Below are positions 13,711 through 27,332 of a stretch of DNA of 64,000 nt, piece after piece; within the stretch, counting starts at the first letter, position 1; each line of letters begins with the position of its first letter. Below the pieces are notes generated by a model, which had not been told where the DNA came from, did no database searches, and saw nothing but the letters and a program-made list of their open reading frames with translations. The DNA is from Paraspadella gotoi (Eukaryota > Animalia > Chaetognatha), in NCBI GenBank assembly GCA_051294375.1, contig CM119263.1, positions 6,611,645 to 6,675,644 on the forward strand. Direction: 5' to 3'. A program made the position numbers and the translations under genes.

Positions 13711-15421
13711 GTGTTCTCTTTCTCACGCGCACGGTTTTCCAACGCCCTCCTTATCCGCATTCATTCCCTGCACAACATTCGCGTCGTAAATTATCACAGA
13801 AATTCCTTCTCCTCTTCCCCCTTAAGTAAACCCCCCCCCCAGAACACCCCTGCACTTTCTCTCTCTTCTTTCCTCCGCTCGAACACAATTCCAGACTCCC
13901 ACGACCCAAACATGGCATCGATCCACCACGATTAACCACCCCCGCAAACTAGACCCGCATTAGGGATTTCTCTCACGCAAAAATCCCAAGCACAAGAACA
14001 TGACGGCGAATTCCCGCCATCAATGAAAACCAAGCATCCTACTAAAAAAAAATTATTAACTTCTTCCCTCGCTTCCGATGTATCGCTTCCCACCGAAACT
14101 TTTTCCGCTTATCCCTTCCCCCCTCCATGTCCCCATCCTGATTCCCCTATTTTCTCCACCCTCCCTCGCCCCCCCCCTTTCCCTCCCGCCCCCAACGGTC
14201 CCCATCTTCCTACGTCAGAGAGAATGATTTGGACGACGACCAAACGAAATATCGGGTCAGAGGGTTTAATCTGCGGAATCCCGCCCCCCTCTCCCCACTG
14301 CGCGCATCTCTGAAAACGGAGACCCATATGCGTGCGCAATGGGGGTCGCAAACGGTACGAACTGTGCCGTGCGAATTGGGAGCCACGTCATTATGTTTCA
14401 ATAATCATTAATCAATCCGTAAATCATCTTTTTTTTTTCATCTCGTTTCACATTCTTCACAATTAATATCTCATTTGATTTCACATTTTCCTCCGCTAGC
14501 GTTTCGTATTTCACTCCCTCTATTTTCACACATCACCATTCGCCGTCACTTCTATCACAGCTCCATCCTTCGCCTGCATACATCGTCACACACCCCAACT
14601 GACTCCGATCTTCCCCGCCTTGCCCCCCCCCCGCGATACGCCCACTTCGCAAAAGAGGACAAAGGAGCGAGTGAATCGTGAACGCATCGTGATTCTCGAA
14701 TCGTGATTCGTCGCGTCCGAGTTTTTTTTGCTTTCGTCTCTGTGTCTCTCCGCCAGTCGATGCCTCCGAGCGACGATAGTCCGAGGATTCGATGTATCAT
14801 AGAGTCGTTGTTGTTGTTGTGATTGTTGTTGTTGTGGTTGTCGTCGTCGTCGGCGCCGCATCGACGCATCGGAGCGAGAAAGGAACGAGTCCCTGGTCGA
14901 TCGACATCAACGTCGTTTTATGATCGTCGTCGTCGTCATTATCGGCGTCGTTTTCGTCGTCATCTTTTTAATGCTAATTGTCATATCGACGTATTGTTTA
15001 CACTTTTCCTTTTCATTCGTTTACATCGTATTAACTGTAGAATATAATGTCATAGAAACTCGGTCAAATCCGTGCAAATGTCCAATTTTTTTACAACTGC
15101 AAATTGTCCAAGTGCGATTTTGAGTAAGATTGTAGCTACAAGATTAGCCACTAGCCAGTAAACCTAACTTGTGAAAAGCGCAAAAGTGTTAAAATAATTT
15201 ACTCGTGAAAGATTTTTTAGTATTCTAACAAAAAACAAATAATACCTCTTTGACAGAGCGTTAAATAATTAAGCCAAAATCGTTTTTGTGGTTGTAACCA
15301 TCGCGCTTTTGGCGTTCGTTACGGAAAAGAGTTATGAAAATCTGAAATGAATTTGTCGCGATGAAAAATGCCAGGTGTGCTAATCAAAATAAAATGTAAA
15401 TTCAGGCTCATGCACCTTTAC

Positions 15422-18400
15422 CTTCTGTCTTTCTTTTTCTTCCTCCGCCTTTTTGGCAGATTTTTCTTCAGCCTCTTTAGCAGCTCTTTCTTCAGCCTCT
15501 TTAGCAGCTTTTTCTTCAGCCTCTTTAGCAGCTCTTTCTTCTGCCTCTTTAGCAGCTTTTTCTTCAGCCTCTTTAGCAGCTTTTTCTTCGGCCTCTTTGG
15601 CAGCTTTTTCTTCGGCCTCTTTGGCAGCTTTTTTTTCGGCCTCTTTGACAGCTTTTTCTTCTTCAATTTTCTTTAATAGCTCAGCTGTGGCTTCCTCATC
15701 CTTTCTTACAAAAAATAATAGATAAAAATTAAAAGTCTTAAAATCGTTAAAACTAAAAACCATGCTCTAAAACTCAAACTCTGGTAACTCCCATGCTAAT
15801 TGCATTTCGCTATCGAAAAAGCTTGCATAGTTAAGAAGTTAGCATAAATATCTAAAAGTTGAACATGTTCTTGGCACTTTTCAACCGGAAAGTTGTAGTT
15901 AATTGGAAATTGTAAACTAACATGCAGTAGTATATTGTTAAATTCAATACAAAGTGTTTAAAACAAAGAGTTTAGTGACATTGAATTTTCGTTTCTACCC
16001 ACAAAATTCAATGCGAAAGCAACAAGCATTTTTCTCGGGTGAAGATTCACATAAGCCGCGAGAAAAATTACGAAGACATGCCACCATGCTAGCATGCCAC
16101 CTCCTCGGGTCATTGTAGAGGCAGAAAAGAGGGCATGCGAGTTAGAAGTGAATCCAATACGACGGCAACCAACTAAAGTCTAAGATCTCCCACGAGCGAC
16201 TCCGGTATCTCGGCTCGCGGAGATGTCGTCACTACCGGCCAATTGATAACAAAAAGGGACGGAAGAGCACCTTGTTGATCACGATCTTGGAACCGGCCGC
16301 CAGAGGCGCTCCTTCCGCGGAAATGATCTTCCCCGATTCGTCGACAGAGGGCGTTGCGCCGGTGATGACGCGCTGTTCCTTCGTGACGACCTTTCCCGTC
16401 GCCTTGAAGACCTTCTGACCCTCGGCCTCCAACTTCCCGTCCGCCCTCATGGAATACTTTGTCCCGTCGAGACCCGACAGGGCGCCGTCTTCGCCAACCA
16501 CAACCACCAAACCTTCGTCGGCGGCGATCTGGGGTCGGACGGACGGATCGGTTGGGGGAATGATGATGAGGATGAGGATGAAGCGAAAATGAGAGCGAGA
16601 TAATAAAAAAAAAAGAATGAAAGTAAAAGTGTTTATATGACATTGAAATTAAAGAATATCCTTCTTGGACAGATGTTTCCTGGGTGCTTGTTGGAATTAG
16701 CTAAGACTATAACTAAGACTAATTCAGATAACTAAAAACGATTCGTTGCTACTCATGCGTGTTATCAATGTTATCTAATGTTCTGATGTAATTATTTCAT
16801 ATTATTTTTACGTGTCACAAGACCGACCCAGCTTTGATGACTTTTTCAAATACGACACTTTCATGCCACTCACGCTATCCAAAATACCATGCAAGTCAAA
16901 ACGATTATGAAATCTGAACTATAAAATCAAACCTTAATCGAACCCAAGCCAAATCTAATCTAAATAAAATATAAATCGAACCGAGAAGTAAATTTTAAAA
17001 AAACTAAATTTAAACAAAATGTAAAACCAAATCGAATCACCCGATCCACCTGTTTTTGGACCACGATTTTTGTTCCCTCTTCCACCGCGACGCCGTCAAA
17101 AGTGACGACGCAGTTCTTCCCTCCCGGCGCGCCACTTCCGGCCACGCCCCCTGGACTCAAAAACTGTCCCGAGGCGCCGACGACGACGCCATCGTCGCTC
17201 GTCAAAACTCCGTTCGGCGTCGCGCTGAAAACGGCGCCATCGAGGCCGATCAACGTTCCGTCGGATTTTATCGTCAAAAATTGCGCGGCGTCTTTTGGCT
17301 GCGAAAACGGAAGTCCAGGACTTTCTTTTTCTGGAATGGACTTTCTTTACTTTCCTTTCCCGGCCTCCCCCAAAAAAAATAGTGACAAAGGGGGACAGAG
17401 AACAGATAAACTCACATAAAGAGATGAATAAATAAAATCTATGTAGGATTCGATCCGAGAGTTCCGAGATCGAATCCTGGTCATACCTCTTATATATTAA
17501 ATTGGAAAAATCCAGGATCGAATCCTACATATATAGATAAATAGCAGATAGACAGATAAGATAGACAGATAAGATAGATAGATAGATAGATAGATAGATA
17601 CTTGATACTTGACCAGATCTATGAAGCAGGAAAAAGAAAAATCAAATTTAATTTAATTCAACATTTAAATATATATAAATTTGTATGAGTTATTATAAAC
17701 CTCAAACCCTCTGCCTTCTTTTTGAAAACCTTTCGACGAACAAAGATCTTGGCGCCGCAGTCGACCGCGACGCCGCCCACATTCAGACTTCCATCCATGA
17801 CTCCGATCGCGCCATCGAACCGGCGTCCTTCTTTCGAAATCATAGTCGTCGGCGTAGACGTGATTTCCATGGAATCGACGCCGTAAAGACTTCCGTCGTT
17901 GAGTAGACGGAAAATGGCGCCGGCGGCGTCGACGTATTCGACGCCGGTCTTCGCCAGCAAAATCTCGCCATCTTCCGTCGACTGGCGAAGCCGAGGAGAA
18001 ACAAAAGACGCAATTGATAATAGTGGGAGAAAGAATATGGAGAGAATATAAATGATTTATATTATCGGTTGTGGCAGTCGGACAGGAAAGTTATTCAAAC
18101 TAGTCGGTAGCTTTTAAACAGGCGATTATGTCTACACTCTACAGCTTTTCAACAAAAGAGCAACGAAAATAACGCTGAAACTGGCGAGCGGAATTCTGTT
18201 TTCGCTTGACATCATCGAAGACGAACGACGATCGGGGAATCTCACTCGCCCCATTAATTCGTCTCCGTATCGTCGACGCGACATCCAACGCCGCGAGGAT
18301 TCGTCGCGAAAATGAGTGGCGATCAAATCGTGCGATCAAGTCATGCGATTAGAGAGAAATTGTCGAATCGTGCGATTACAAAGATTACAAAGACGCAATC

Positions 18401-21400
18401 AAATCGCGCGACGGTGATTTACAGCAACTACAGCATTACGCGAGGGCTAAGATTTACGCGCTAGTTTCTGGAAAGCCTTGCCCCATGAACGATAATTCTA
18501 AACTTGCGAAAAAATAAAAAAAAGTGAAAGTGATTAAGATTCTAAACCAAACGAATCGGAAAGAGTTAATCCTAAATTTTTTTAAAAATAGGCGAAAATT
18601 TTATTTTTAAAAATGACAAACGTTTTCCTACAACTTGATTAACTTTTATGTTCTGACTATCCTTCTAATCGGCTTTTTCTGCACCCGAGCACCTCCACTT
18701 CAGCATCTGCCTTTGCCACAGCGCCGCAGCGCCGCACTTCCACATCTCCCACCTGCTGCTTGACGACGAACTTCCGCCCTTCCCTCAAGACCTCTCCGTC
18801 GGCCCGCGCCCGCCCGCTCTCGAAGTCGACGGCCGAATCGACGAGCTCGTTCTTGTCCGAGAGGAGCAGACCCGAAGGCCCCCAGAGCGACCCGTCCGCG
18901 CCGCGGAGAGTCCCGTTGGCCAGGACTTCGAATGCGGCGTCGGCGGCGTCGGTCAGGGCGCCCTCGACGCCGACCGTGACGTACACTCCGGCGCCTTCTG
19001 GGATCTGCGGTTTGAGGTTGACGAAGTGGTGCGAGGAAAGAGAAACGGAATGAAGTGATGAAGTGGTGGCGGAGCAAATGATGGAGAGAATGATCAAATG
19101 AGGCGATGGATCAGGGGATGAAGGTCGAAGGATGATGGGGAGTAAAGTTTAAATTAAAAATCTAAATTTAATTTACAAGTTTCAATATTTGAATTTCATC
19201 CGTGGGGATAAATATTTGTAAGATATTTTCTTCCCTGAAAAAATCTTTGATTTTAGCGATGTACTTTTCGCTGCTAAAGAATTTCATTGAAACAAATAAT
19301 TATTTATTTTATTTATCCGTGTTTTTTTTTCTTGTTTTTTTTAATAGCTCGGATGCGGTCGACTCTGAGGTAAATTATTGATAAATGGGCCCCGATTGAT
19401 AGTCTACGAAAGAGAAAATATTTTAGTCAATTTTAATCGGCTGATTCATTTAACAGTTTTTATGAAGGACGTCTAATTGTCAAAATAGAAAAATGTCTGA
19501 AGCGTCGCCGAAATTTCGTCGCCCAAGGAGGACTAAGTTGGAGGGCATTCTTCTACATCAAAGGTCGAAAAAAAACAAACAATAAACAAAGACTGAATCT
19601 CACTGATCCTGAGTTGATTTCACAGAATGATGGCGGAGGGCTGGAACCCGGGCCGCTCCTTTACCGCGCTTCCTTCCGCTCTGCGTTCTCCCACTTCGAG
19701 CACGCCCAGCTCCCGTTCTTCCCCGAAAAAGGTTCGTTCTCCTCCGGCGCGGTCTCCCATGGTGTCGTCCACTTCGGCGCTGCCATCTTCGTCTTCGCGG
19801 GCTTCAAAACATCGCGCCGCTTCGAACGCCAACAACCCTGCCGCGCCCAAGGAAGGGAATGGAACGAGCAGCGCCACGGTGCAAAAAGCGGGCGGCGCTG
19901 CGAACCGAAATGTCGCAGCCCGCAAAAATGACGGCTCCTTCAAAGCCAAAGACGTCAAAAAGTGAAATCGAAAACAAAAGAGCCAAGGAAAAAACAAAAT
20001 CAAATCGACTGATATAAAATAAAAAAGAGAGAGAAAAACAATAATTGAAAAAACTTAGGAAACAATAAACAATCGCGCTCATTATTTTTTTTTAAACAAT
20101 CAAGGAGTGATAAATGAATGACTTTTTTTTTATCGAATTCCCTTCCCATTGGGTATGGCAGCGACAGCAAAGAGATAAAGGACTCCTTACCGCGCCCTTT
20201 CCGGCCGCCGGTTTGGCTGCCGGTTTAGCCGCCGGTTTTTTGGGGTCAACTTTGGAAGCGGGGGCGGCCTTGGGATCAACCTTGGCCTTGGGATCGGGCT
20301 TTTTAGCGGCGGGCTTGGCTTCGGCCTTGGGCTCGGCCTTTGAGGACGAGGGCTTAAATTCGGCCGCCGATTCGGCCTTGGCTTCGACGACGGGCTCGGA
20401 TTCGGCCGAGACTTCGGCCGCGGCTTCGGGCTGACCGAATATAAGCTCGGGTCAACGAATTTTTGGGGAAATGAAATATCTTTGTGAAAAAACCTTTCGA
20501 GTAATATTATTATCAAGTAATATTATTATCATTTATTAAGTATTTTGTCTTAGCAAAAAGAAATATTCCGATTTCCAAACCCTGACAACTCACGGCCGGA
20601 GGTTCGGGCGGCTCGAAGGTGTTCTCGCTGACTTTGACTTCCTGGTCCCACTCGAGATGTTTGAAGTCTTCCTCCTTGAAGGTCGTCGTCGGGTCGACCA
20701 CCGCCGGAACTTCGTCTGGAGATGGAGACGGAGAAGAGTGAGACAGAAATGAAGAATGATTTTTAAAGAGGAAATCGGTTGGATTAAAGTTAAATTTAAA
20801 TTTCATATAAGTGACATATATTTGACCAGAACAATTGATAAATTCTTTCATTGCGATAATATTTTTTTCAGAATTTGCAACCAACGATTTCTCGTCCCTA
20901 ATTCGGTATTTGTATAAAATTAATATTAGTAATAAAAATAATTATTACAAAATTGATAACTTTTAATCTTAAACCGTCCGAGGAGAAATCTCTAAACATG
21001 CGAGACGAGTGATTCGCTTCAAAAACAATTTAAACAATTTAAAAACAGATAACCAGATGTTACAAGAGCAAAAGAAACTACGCCCTGGACGATCTGACGA
21101 AAGAAAAAAGAAAACAATTAGTAGACTTACACAAACAAAAGATCTTCGCGGAGAAAGAAGTCGAATGAATTTTTGTGTCCAGTTTTTTTTTCCCAATAAT
21201 CCAGAGGAAGAAAACAAAACCACAGCAAAAAAAAGAAACGAAGAAGTGTTTTTTTTTCTTATTCCTTTTGTTTAAAAAACTAAGACAGAGACAGAGAGGC
21301 AGAGAACGAGAGAAAAAGAGACAGAGACAGAGATAGAGAGGGCGAGGGCCTTCACGTGATGAGACATTTTCCAATTTCCAAATCCGTTTTCGTTTTTTTT

Positions 21401-21800
21401 GGGGGGAAAAGAACCGATTCTTGTAACCATTTAACTCGGGGCTTCTATTTGGAAAGAAGGACAAAAGGAAAGAAAAAGAGAAGTAAGGAAGGAAGGAAGG
21501 AAGGAAGGAAGGAAGGAAGGAAGGAAGGAAGGAAGGAAGGAAGGAAGGAAAGGTAGGAAGAAATGAATAAAAGTAGGAAGAAATTTGTCAGGAAAAAAAA
21601 GAAGGAATGGAAGAAATAAGAAAGAAGTAAAACAAGCCCGTCGATTGGGTCAATTTCAGCCCTTCACTGTTTTCTTGGGCCGATCATTCGGGCCAGATCT
21701 CTTTTTCTTGGCCGGAACGACCACGATTCCATTCCACCAATGGAATTGGTCTTGGTGTCGGAGGAAAAGATGCAATAATATATTGGAAAGAGAGAAAGAA

Positions 21801-21868
<68 letters not shown>

Positions 21869-24800
21869 AAAAAGAAAAGAAAAGAAAAGAAAAGAAAAGA
21901 AAAGAAAAGAAAAGAAAAGAAAAGAAAAGAAAAGAAAAGAAAAGAAAAGAAAAGGAACGAACCAACCATGAACGCGATATTTTGATTAATCCAATGCACG
22001 TCAAACGGTTAGAAAGGCGGAAAACATGATGAATATAGAAAAAAATAAAAAAGGAAAAGAAAGCAGGGGTATTTAGCCATTGGAAAAAAAAACAATATTT
22101 GGGTAAGTTTCGGCAGCAGCGTCGAAGAATAGGGAGCGAATATGCGGCGTTGACGTAACGGGCGTCGAATCGTGCAAAAATTGCATTCGTGGGGATCGAA
22201 GAAAGATGGGATTTTTGGGTTAAGAGTCGACATCGAATATTTGATCGAGTTTTATCGTTTATTTTCTATCAAATGCCGAGTGTTTTTATTGAGCTTTCAC
22301 ATGGTTTTAGGCTTTTATATTATTAAGTTTCAATTGTACTTTAATCTAAAACCTAAACTACGATGTCGAAGCCTAACTTCGAAGTAGTTGACAAAGTAAC
22401 GGAAAAGGAGCACAGTTGCATCGCTCGATTTATCTGGACAGATACGACATAAAAATTTATACAATAATAAAAGTAAGCAATGGTTTTAATTTGTCATGCA
22501 TCTCGGCATTTGATAGAGACCGATAAAGTCCATAAAATAAAAAAAATCACGCCTTATTTTATTTTTCAAATTTTTTTTTTCGGTTTTGATTCGTTTCCTT
22601 TTTTTTTTTTAATCAACCAAAGTAAATCGAAGGCGGCTTGCCTCCTAACTGTGCACCTCCTCACATTTCCTTTGCCACCTGTCGCGTCACAACCAACGCC
22701 ATCTGTCGCGCCAAACACAACGCCAAAAGCGGAGGGAAACTAGCACTACCTACCGATGAAATCTTTGGCGAAGAGGGCGGGATCCTCGGCCTCCGCCGGC
22801 GCCGACTCAGTCTGGAGAAAACAAAAGACATTTTTATTTGGCATAGTTTATTTTTTGGGGGCTTTAAACGAGAGCAATTAGCCGCGGAGGAAGGAAAGAA
22901 AAATATTAAAAACCGTATTTCCGACACTCCCTCTGTCCTCTAATGAATATCTCGGTTCTCAGATGTGAGCTACATAAAAAATTTAAAAGTTCTCTACGCT
23001 TTTCCTTTATCTTTTATTATTTTTATTAAATCATTAAATTCACCTCAGGTGGGGCGACTGGTTCGACATCCTCGTCGAAATAGTCGTCGACGTAAACGTC
23101 ATAGTAGGAGTCAACGTTATAGCCGATGGTACCGTGGCGCGGCGCGCGGCGAGTTCGGTAACTAAAACAATTAAAGAAAGTTCGGCGATCGAACGACGGA
23201 AAAGGGCTCTTGGAAAAAACTTTCATAAAATTACGTACAGCTAGAAAACTATCGAAATGAATGGAGTAAAATAATAGTCATCAATAACAAAGTTAAAATT
23301 CAATAAATATTTATCAATTTACCGATATCCGGAAGAGTAGCCGATGAAGCCTCCCTTGCCGGACATTCCCTCTTGTTCGTCTCCGGTCTAGCAAGAAATT
23401 AAAAAATGTATAATTTTTAAAAAAATAAAACAAAAGAAAAAATATAAAAAATATAAAAGCGTTTTCCAAAAACGACCGAAAGTCATTTCCGGAGAAGAAC
23501 TTCGAAAAAAAAAGGAAGTAACCTTGAGATTTATCACTTTGGACCAAAAGTCGTTATGACAACAGAACAACAAAAGAGCTCCACTTACAAGACAAAAAAA
23601 GGTTCGTTTGAGTAAAGATTTAGACAATATAAGGTTATCACATTAGTCATTGCTTACCTTGAGTTTCTTTCCTCCCCAGGCCAACCGCCTCCTCTCCACC
23701 GTCAGATCTCCGAAGTCTCCCATCAACCGACGGAATTTTTCGTCCATCACATCCTGATGTCATAAACATAATGATAGAAACTATCATCAACATCGAAATA
23801 GGATGCGTGATTGGAGTAGTTAAGTCTTAAGATGTTCTTTTTTTTTCAGTCGTCGTAGTAATTGTCTTGAAAAATGTAACCGTAGAGAAAAAGGAAAATT
23901 TTAAAGCAGTGCGTACTAATCAAGCCTTTACTAAACGGATCACGTCTAAGGGCGTGCATCACGTGCATGCGACTGACGTGCAACTTGCGTGCAATCGATG
24001 GCATTCTACCTTAAAATTCCTGTAATAATCTCTGCAAGTCGGCAGGTACTGGATTCCCTGGTCTAAGTATTCCGGATGAAGCTAAAACCCGCCAAGAAGA
24101 AAAAGTTATTTTTTTAAAGTTAAAAGCGGCGGTTAATAGTTTTTTAAGAATAATTGTCATCGTAAAAAGCCTAATCGCGTGGAAAAAACTTATATAGATT
24201 TATTAGCAAGTTTGGTCATATGAAACAAAAAGTCTTAAGAAATTAAATATTAAGAATGTGTATGATATGTGAATATCGTATAATAGCTCGAAAAAGACGA
24301 ATAATGACTGACCTCAAAGTTCCGGTAAGTGGCCATTGAGGTTGGGACTTTAGCGAAAGGATCCTCGCCCCCGTCATTGCCGGGACCGGCCTCCACCGCC
24401 AAACGCTGCCCCATGTCCAACTTGCGCTCCACGCCCTCCTCGTCCTTCCACATGGACGCGTATTTCCTGGCAAATTGAAAATAAAGATGGAAATATATAT
24501 AAATTAATTAAATATTAAATTATGGATAAGTATAGCTTTACGGTTTTGTTTAAAACCATGTCACCATATTCGACGTTCTTCTAAATTTTCCAATAATTGA
24601 AATTTACAGACTTTCGAATTAAACGAAATTCCGCCTCGGGTTTTAAACCGACAAACTTGCTGGTTTCGTGTTCGTCGCTCGATCCTGTGGATCCTGTCCG
24701 ACTCTTTTTTTTATTCTCAATTAATTAATACATAGATGCTCTGAAACATTGTACGTGTTTTCTATCTTTATGTTTTCACGTTTACATCAACTAGACTTGA

Positions 24801-25834
24801 GGACTTACTTCTTGAGTCCTTCGACGAGAACTTCTTGAGAGTTGATGTTGTCCTGAATTTGCTTCATCTTCAACTCGCGCATCTTTTGTCCGATCTTCAG
24901 CAGAATGTCCTCCTCCTGATCGCGGCGCTTCAGAGACTGTCCGAGAAAACAAAAGACATCCGCTATGAACGAAGTTATCAATTCACATATAAATACCAAA
25001 TACAAAAAAAAACCTTTCTCTCTTTCTTTCTTTTCAGTTTTCATAACATTAACATTAATATTAACATTTCTTTATCTACAATCAAGATATTTAATCAATG
25101 CAAAGACGATTGCAGCCGAACCTCGTAGTCGTCCTTCATCTTGATGGATCTCTTTTCCTTGGATTTCCAGTAGGAGCTGAGTCCAGAGGTCTTCCAGTTG
25201 GAAGTCGACTCGAAATAAGGAAGAAGTTTCCTGACAAACCGTTTGACATTATTTACAATAACGTTATCAAATTTAACGATCGATTTTATTTCAGCCGTGC
25301 ATCATTCTTTCATGAAATAAAATAAAAACCGCTACACAACTATTGATTATTTGCCCTCACCTGTAAACGTGAACCATGTCCTCGGGAACATAGTCGGAAT
25401 AGTAAGGGTAGTAAGGGACAAGCTGCTTGTAGAAAGGCAGAAGATCCGCGGGGATTCGGTTGAGGAAGGCGCTTCCTTTGGCTGAAGAGAGGATCGAGAA
25501 GGGAAACCGAAATTTGGGTGAGGAAAAGGTCAGGGATTGAAGGATCAGGGCTCAGTACAAATATCTCCCATTCACGCATGCAGTCACACGATTTTGTTCA
25601 CAGTTTTAGTCAGGAATTTAATCAGCTCCAACCAAACAGTATTCCTCTCTCTTCCGATCCCGATTCCGAGTCACGCCTGTCACGTTACACTTGTCTCGTT
25701 TGCTACGTCAAACTTCCAACTTGTCATCCAATCCAACTCATACCGTCTCTCTCGTTCACACCTGGTTTTTGGCTGGGTTCGCGCGAGGCGTGAGCGGATT
25801 GGGAGACGGGAGCGGATTGCGACGCCGACGCCAT
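15422..25834 (-). CDS. Gene B: uncharacterised multi-exon protein (~950+ aa) with Tyr-rich N-terminal part, shared YxNFE/YSSGY motif block, K/A/P-rich linker, four beta-rich repeats and a KEAEEKAA charged tail; 3' end not resolved
   Basis: Manually spliced GT-AG exons with compatible phases: 25834-25744 (MASASQ..), 25481-25361, 25230-25122, 24936-24809, 24466-24313, 23753-23658, 23387-23323, 23161-23044, 22811-22754, 21750-21668 (needs +1 G, which copy 1 has), 20715-20594, 20430-20191, 19837-19665 (needs one 1-nt indel), 19004-18753, 17981-17730, 17298-17050, 16528-16271, 15700-15422. Exons are mostly GC-rich islands in AT-rich introns. Confidence 0.75.
15450..15660 (-). repeat. 24-nt coding tandem repeat (KEAEEKAA, about 8-9 units)
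   Basis: Repeats of 'cttcagcctctttagcagcttttt'; ORF 15380..15763 translation. Confidence 0.9.
17440..17531. mobile_element. ~90-bp MITE-like insertion, TA-flanked
   Basis: Perfect 17-nt inverted ends tatgtaggattcgatcc / ggatcgaatcctacata; absent at the equivalent site (~1915) of the duplicate copy. Confidence 0.7.
21487..21953. repeat. (GGAA)n, (GAAA)n and (GAAAA)n microsatellites flanking a gene B exon
   Basis: Visible simple repeats at 21487-21550 and 21790-21953. Confidence 0.9.
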
Positions 25835-26012
25835 CGTTGAGTCGACGCGTGAGTCAGCGGATTTAGAAAAAAAAGGAAAACAAAAGACAAAAGTTTTTAT
25901 TAATGAAAAAAAAAGGCCACAAAAATTCGTCCGACTTCTTTCTCCCGTGAGTCGGTGTTGCTGACTGAATTCACATTCAAAACTCGCGACTACGAGCCCC
26001 CGCGACTCTCTT

Positions 26013-26078
<66 letters not shown>

Positions 26079-27168
26079 GATCTATGATTTCAAGCAAAAT
26101 TATTGGCGTAACATCGATACCGTTGTAACCTTGTTAACGCAAAGGAGAAACGACGGCCATGTTAACTAAATCGTCGTCATGACAACAGTTTTTTTTTTAA
26201 ATTTCAACCACCGACGATAACGTGTCATTAAATCGTCGTCGTCTCGTCTTCATCATCGTCCGAATAGTCGTCGTCGGTCCCTCCTTTTTCGCGGTCGTCT
26301 TGATCGTCGGTCAACCGGGGGTCGAAATCGAATTGAGGGTAAAGTTCGCGCGGAATTTGGGAGAGGGGGCGCGGTGGGGGGATTCATGGGGTCGCGCGCG
26401 AGCAATTTAAAAAAAAAATAAAGAAACCCTTTATAAACCAATAATAGCGACGGTTCGTTTCCCTTTATTACGAACTCTTTCTTTTCATCGAACTCTTCAT
26501 AATGTCAACGGTCAGCGTCAGCCCTATTAAAAACTCTGTGCAAAGTGCAAATCTATTGTAAAATATCGTTTCCGAGTTGCGTGATTCTGTATTGTTAAAA
26601 ATGACTTCGGTCTTTGCATACTGGATGAAATATAGCCGGTAAACGATATCTCATATCAATTCGTTCATGGCAAAAATAGGAAATTGCCTCGATGAAAGGT
26701 GAAAACTTGAAAATTAAGTCTCGTCTCTCGTCTAGGGGACTTGATATTTTTCTGAGTAACTTTGGCATCTCTAATTCTAACTAATCTTGCTTTCTCATGA
26801 AGCCTGTTTTCGGTGCGTCGTCTTCTTGTAAAAACTCCGAGATCCTTCCGATCAAGTGCTACATTTCTCAATTTTATGGATAAAGTACATTGGTTTTCGA
26901 TTATATCTTTCGTGTTTAATTGCTCGAAGGGAATAATAATAGACCCTCTTTTAAAAAAGTGGTTGGAAGGAAGGGACGGAGTGATGTGAAGGTAAGTGGG
27001 AGTGAATAGAAGCGAAGGGGAGTTGTGTTTTGTTCGGTGAAGGGGAGGGGAGGGGGAAAGCCGGAGCAGAGTGAGAGGTGAGGTAAAATGGATGAAGTGG
27101 GTCGGAGAATGAAAAGCAGAGGAGTCGGGCTGAAAGTGATCGATAAATCGGTGAGGGAGGCTGTCTCG

Positions 27169-27332
<164 letters not shown>

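Noticed and set aside
14798-14893. Possible terminal exon of gene B (GLVPFSLRCVDAAPTTTT..L*)
   Set aside because: Phase fits, but the acceptor is weak and the frame is mostly (ACA/ACG)n microsatellite; not supportable without RNA data.
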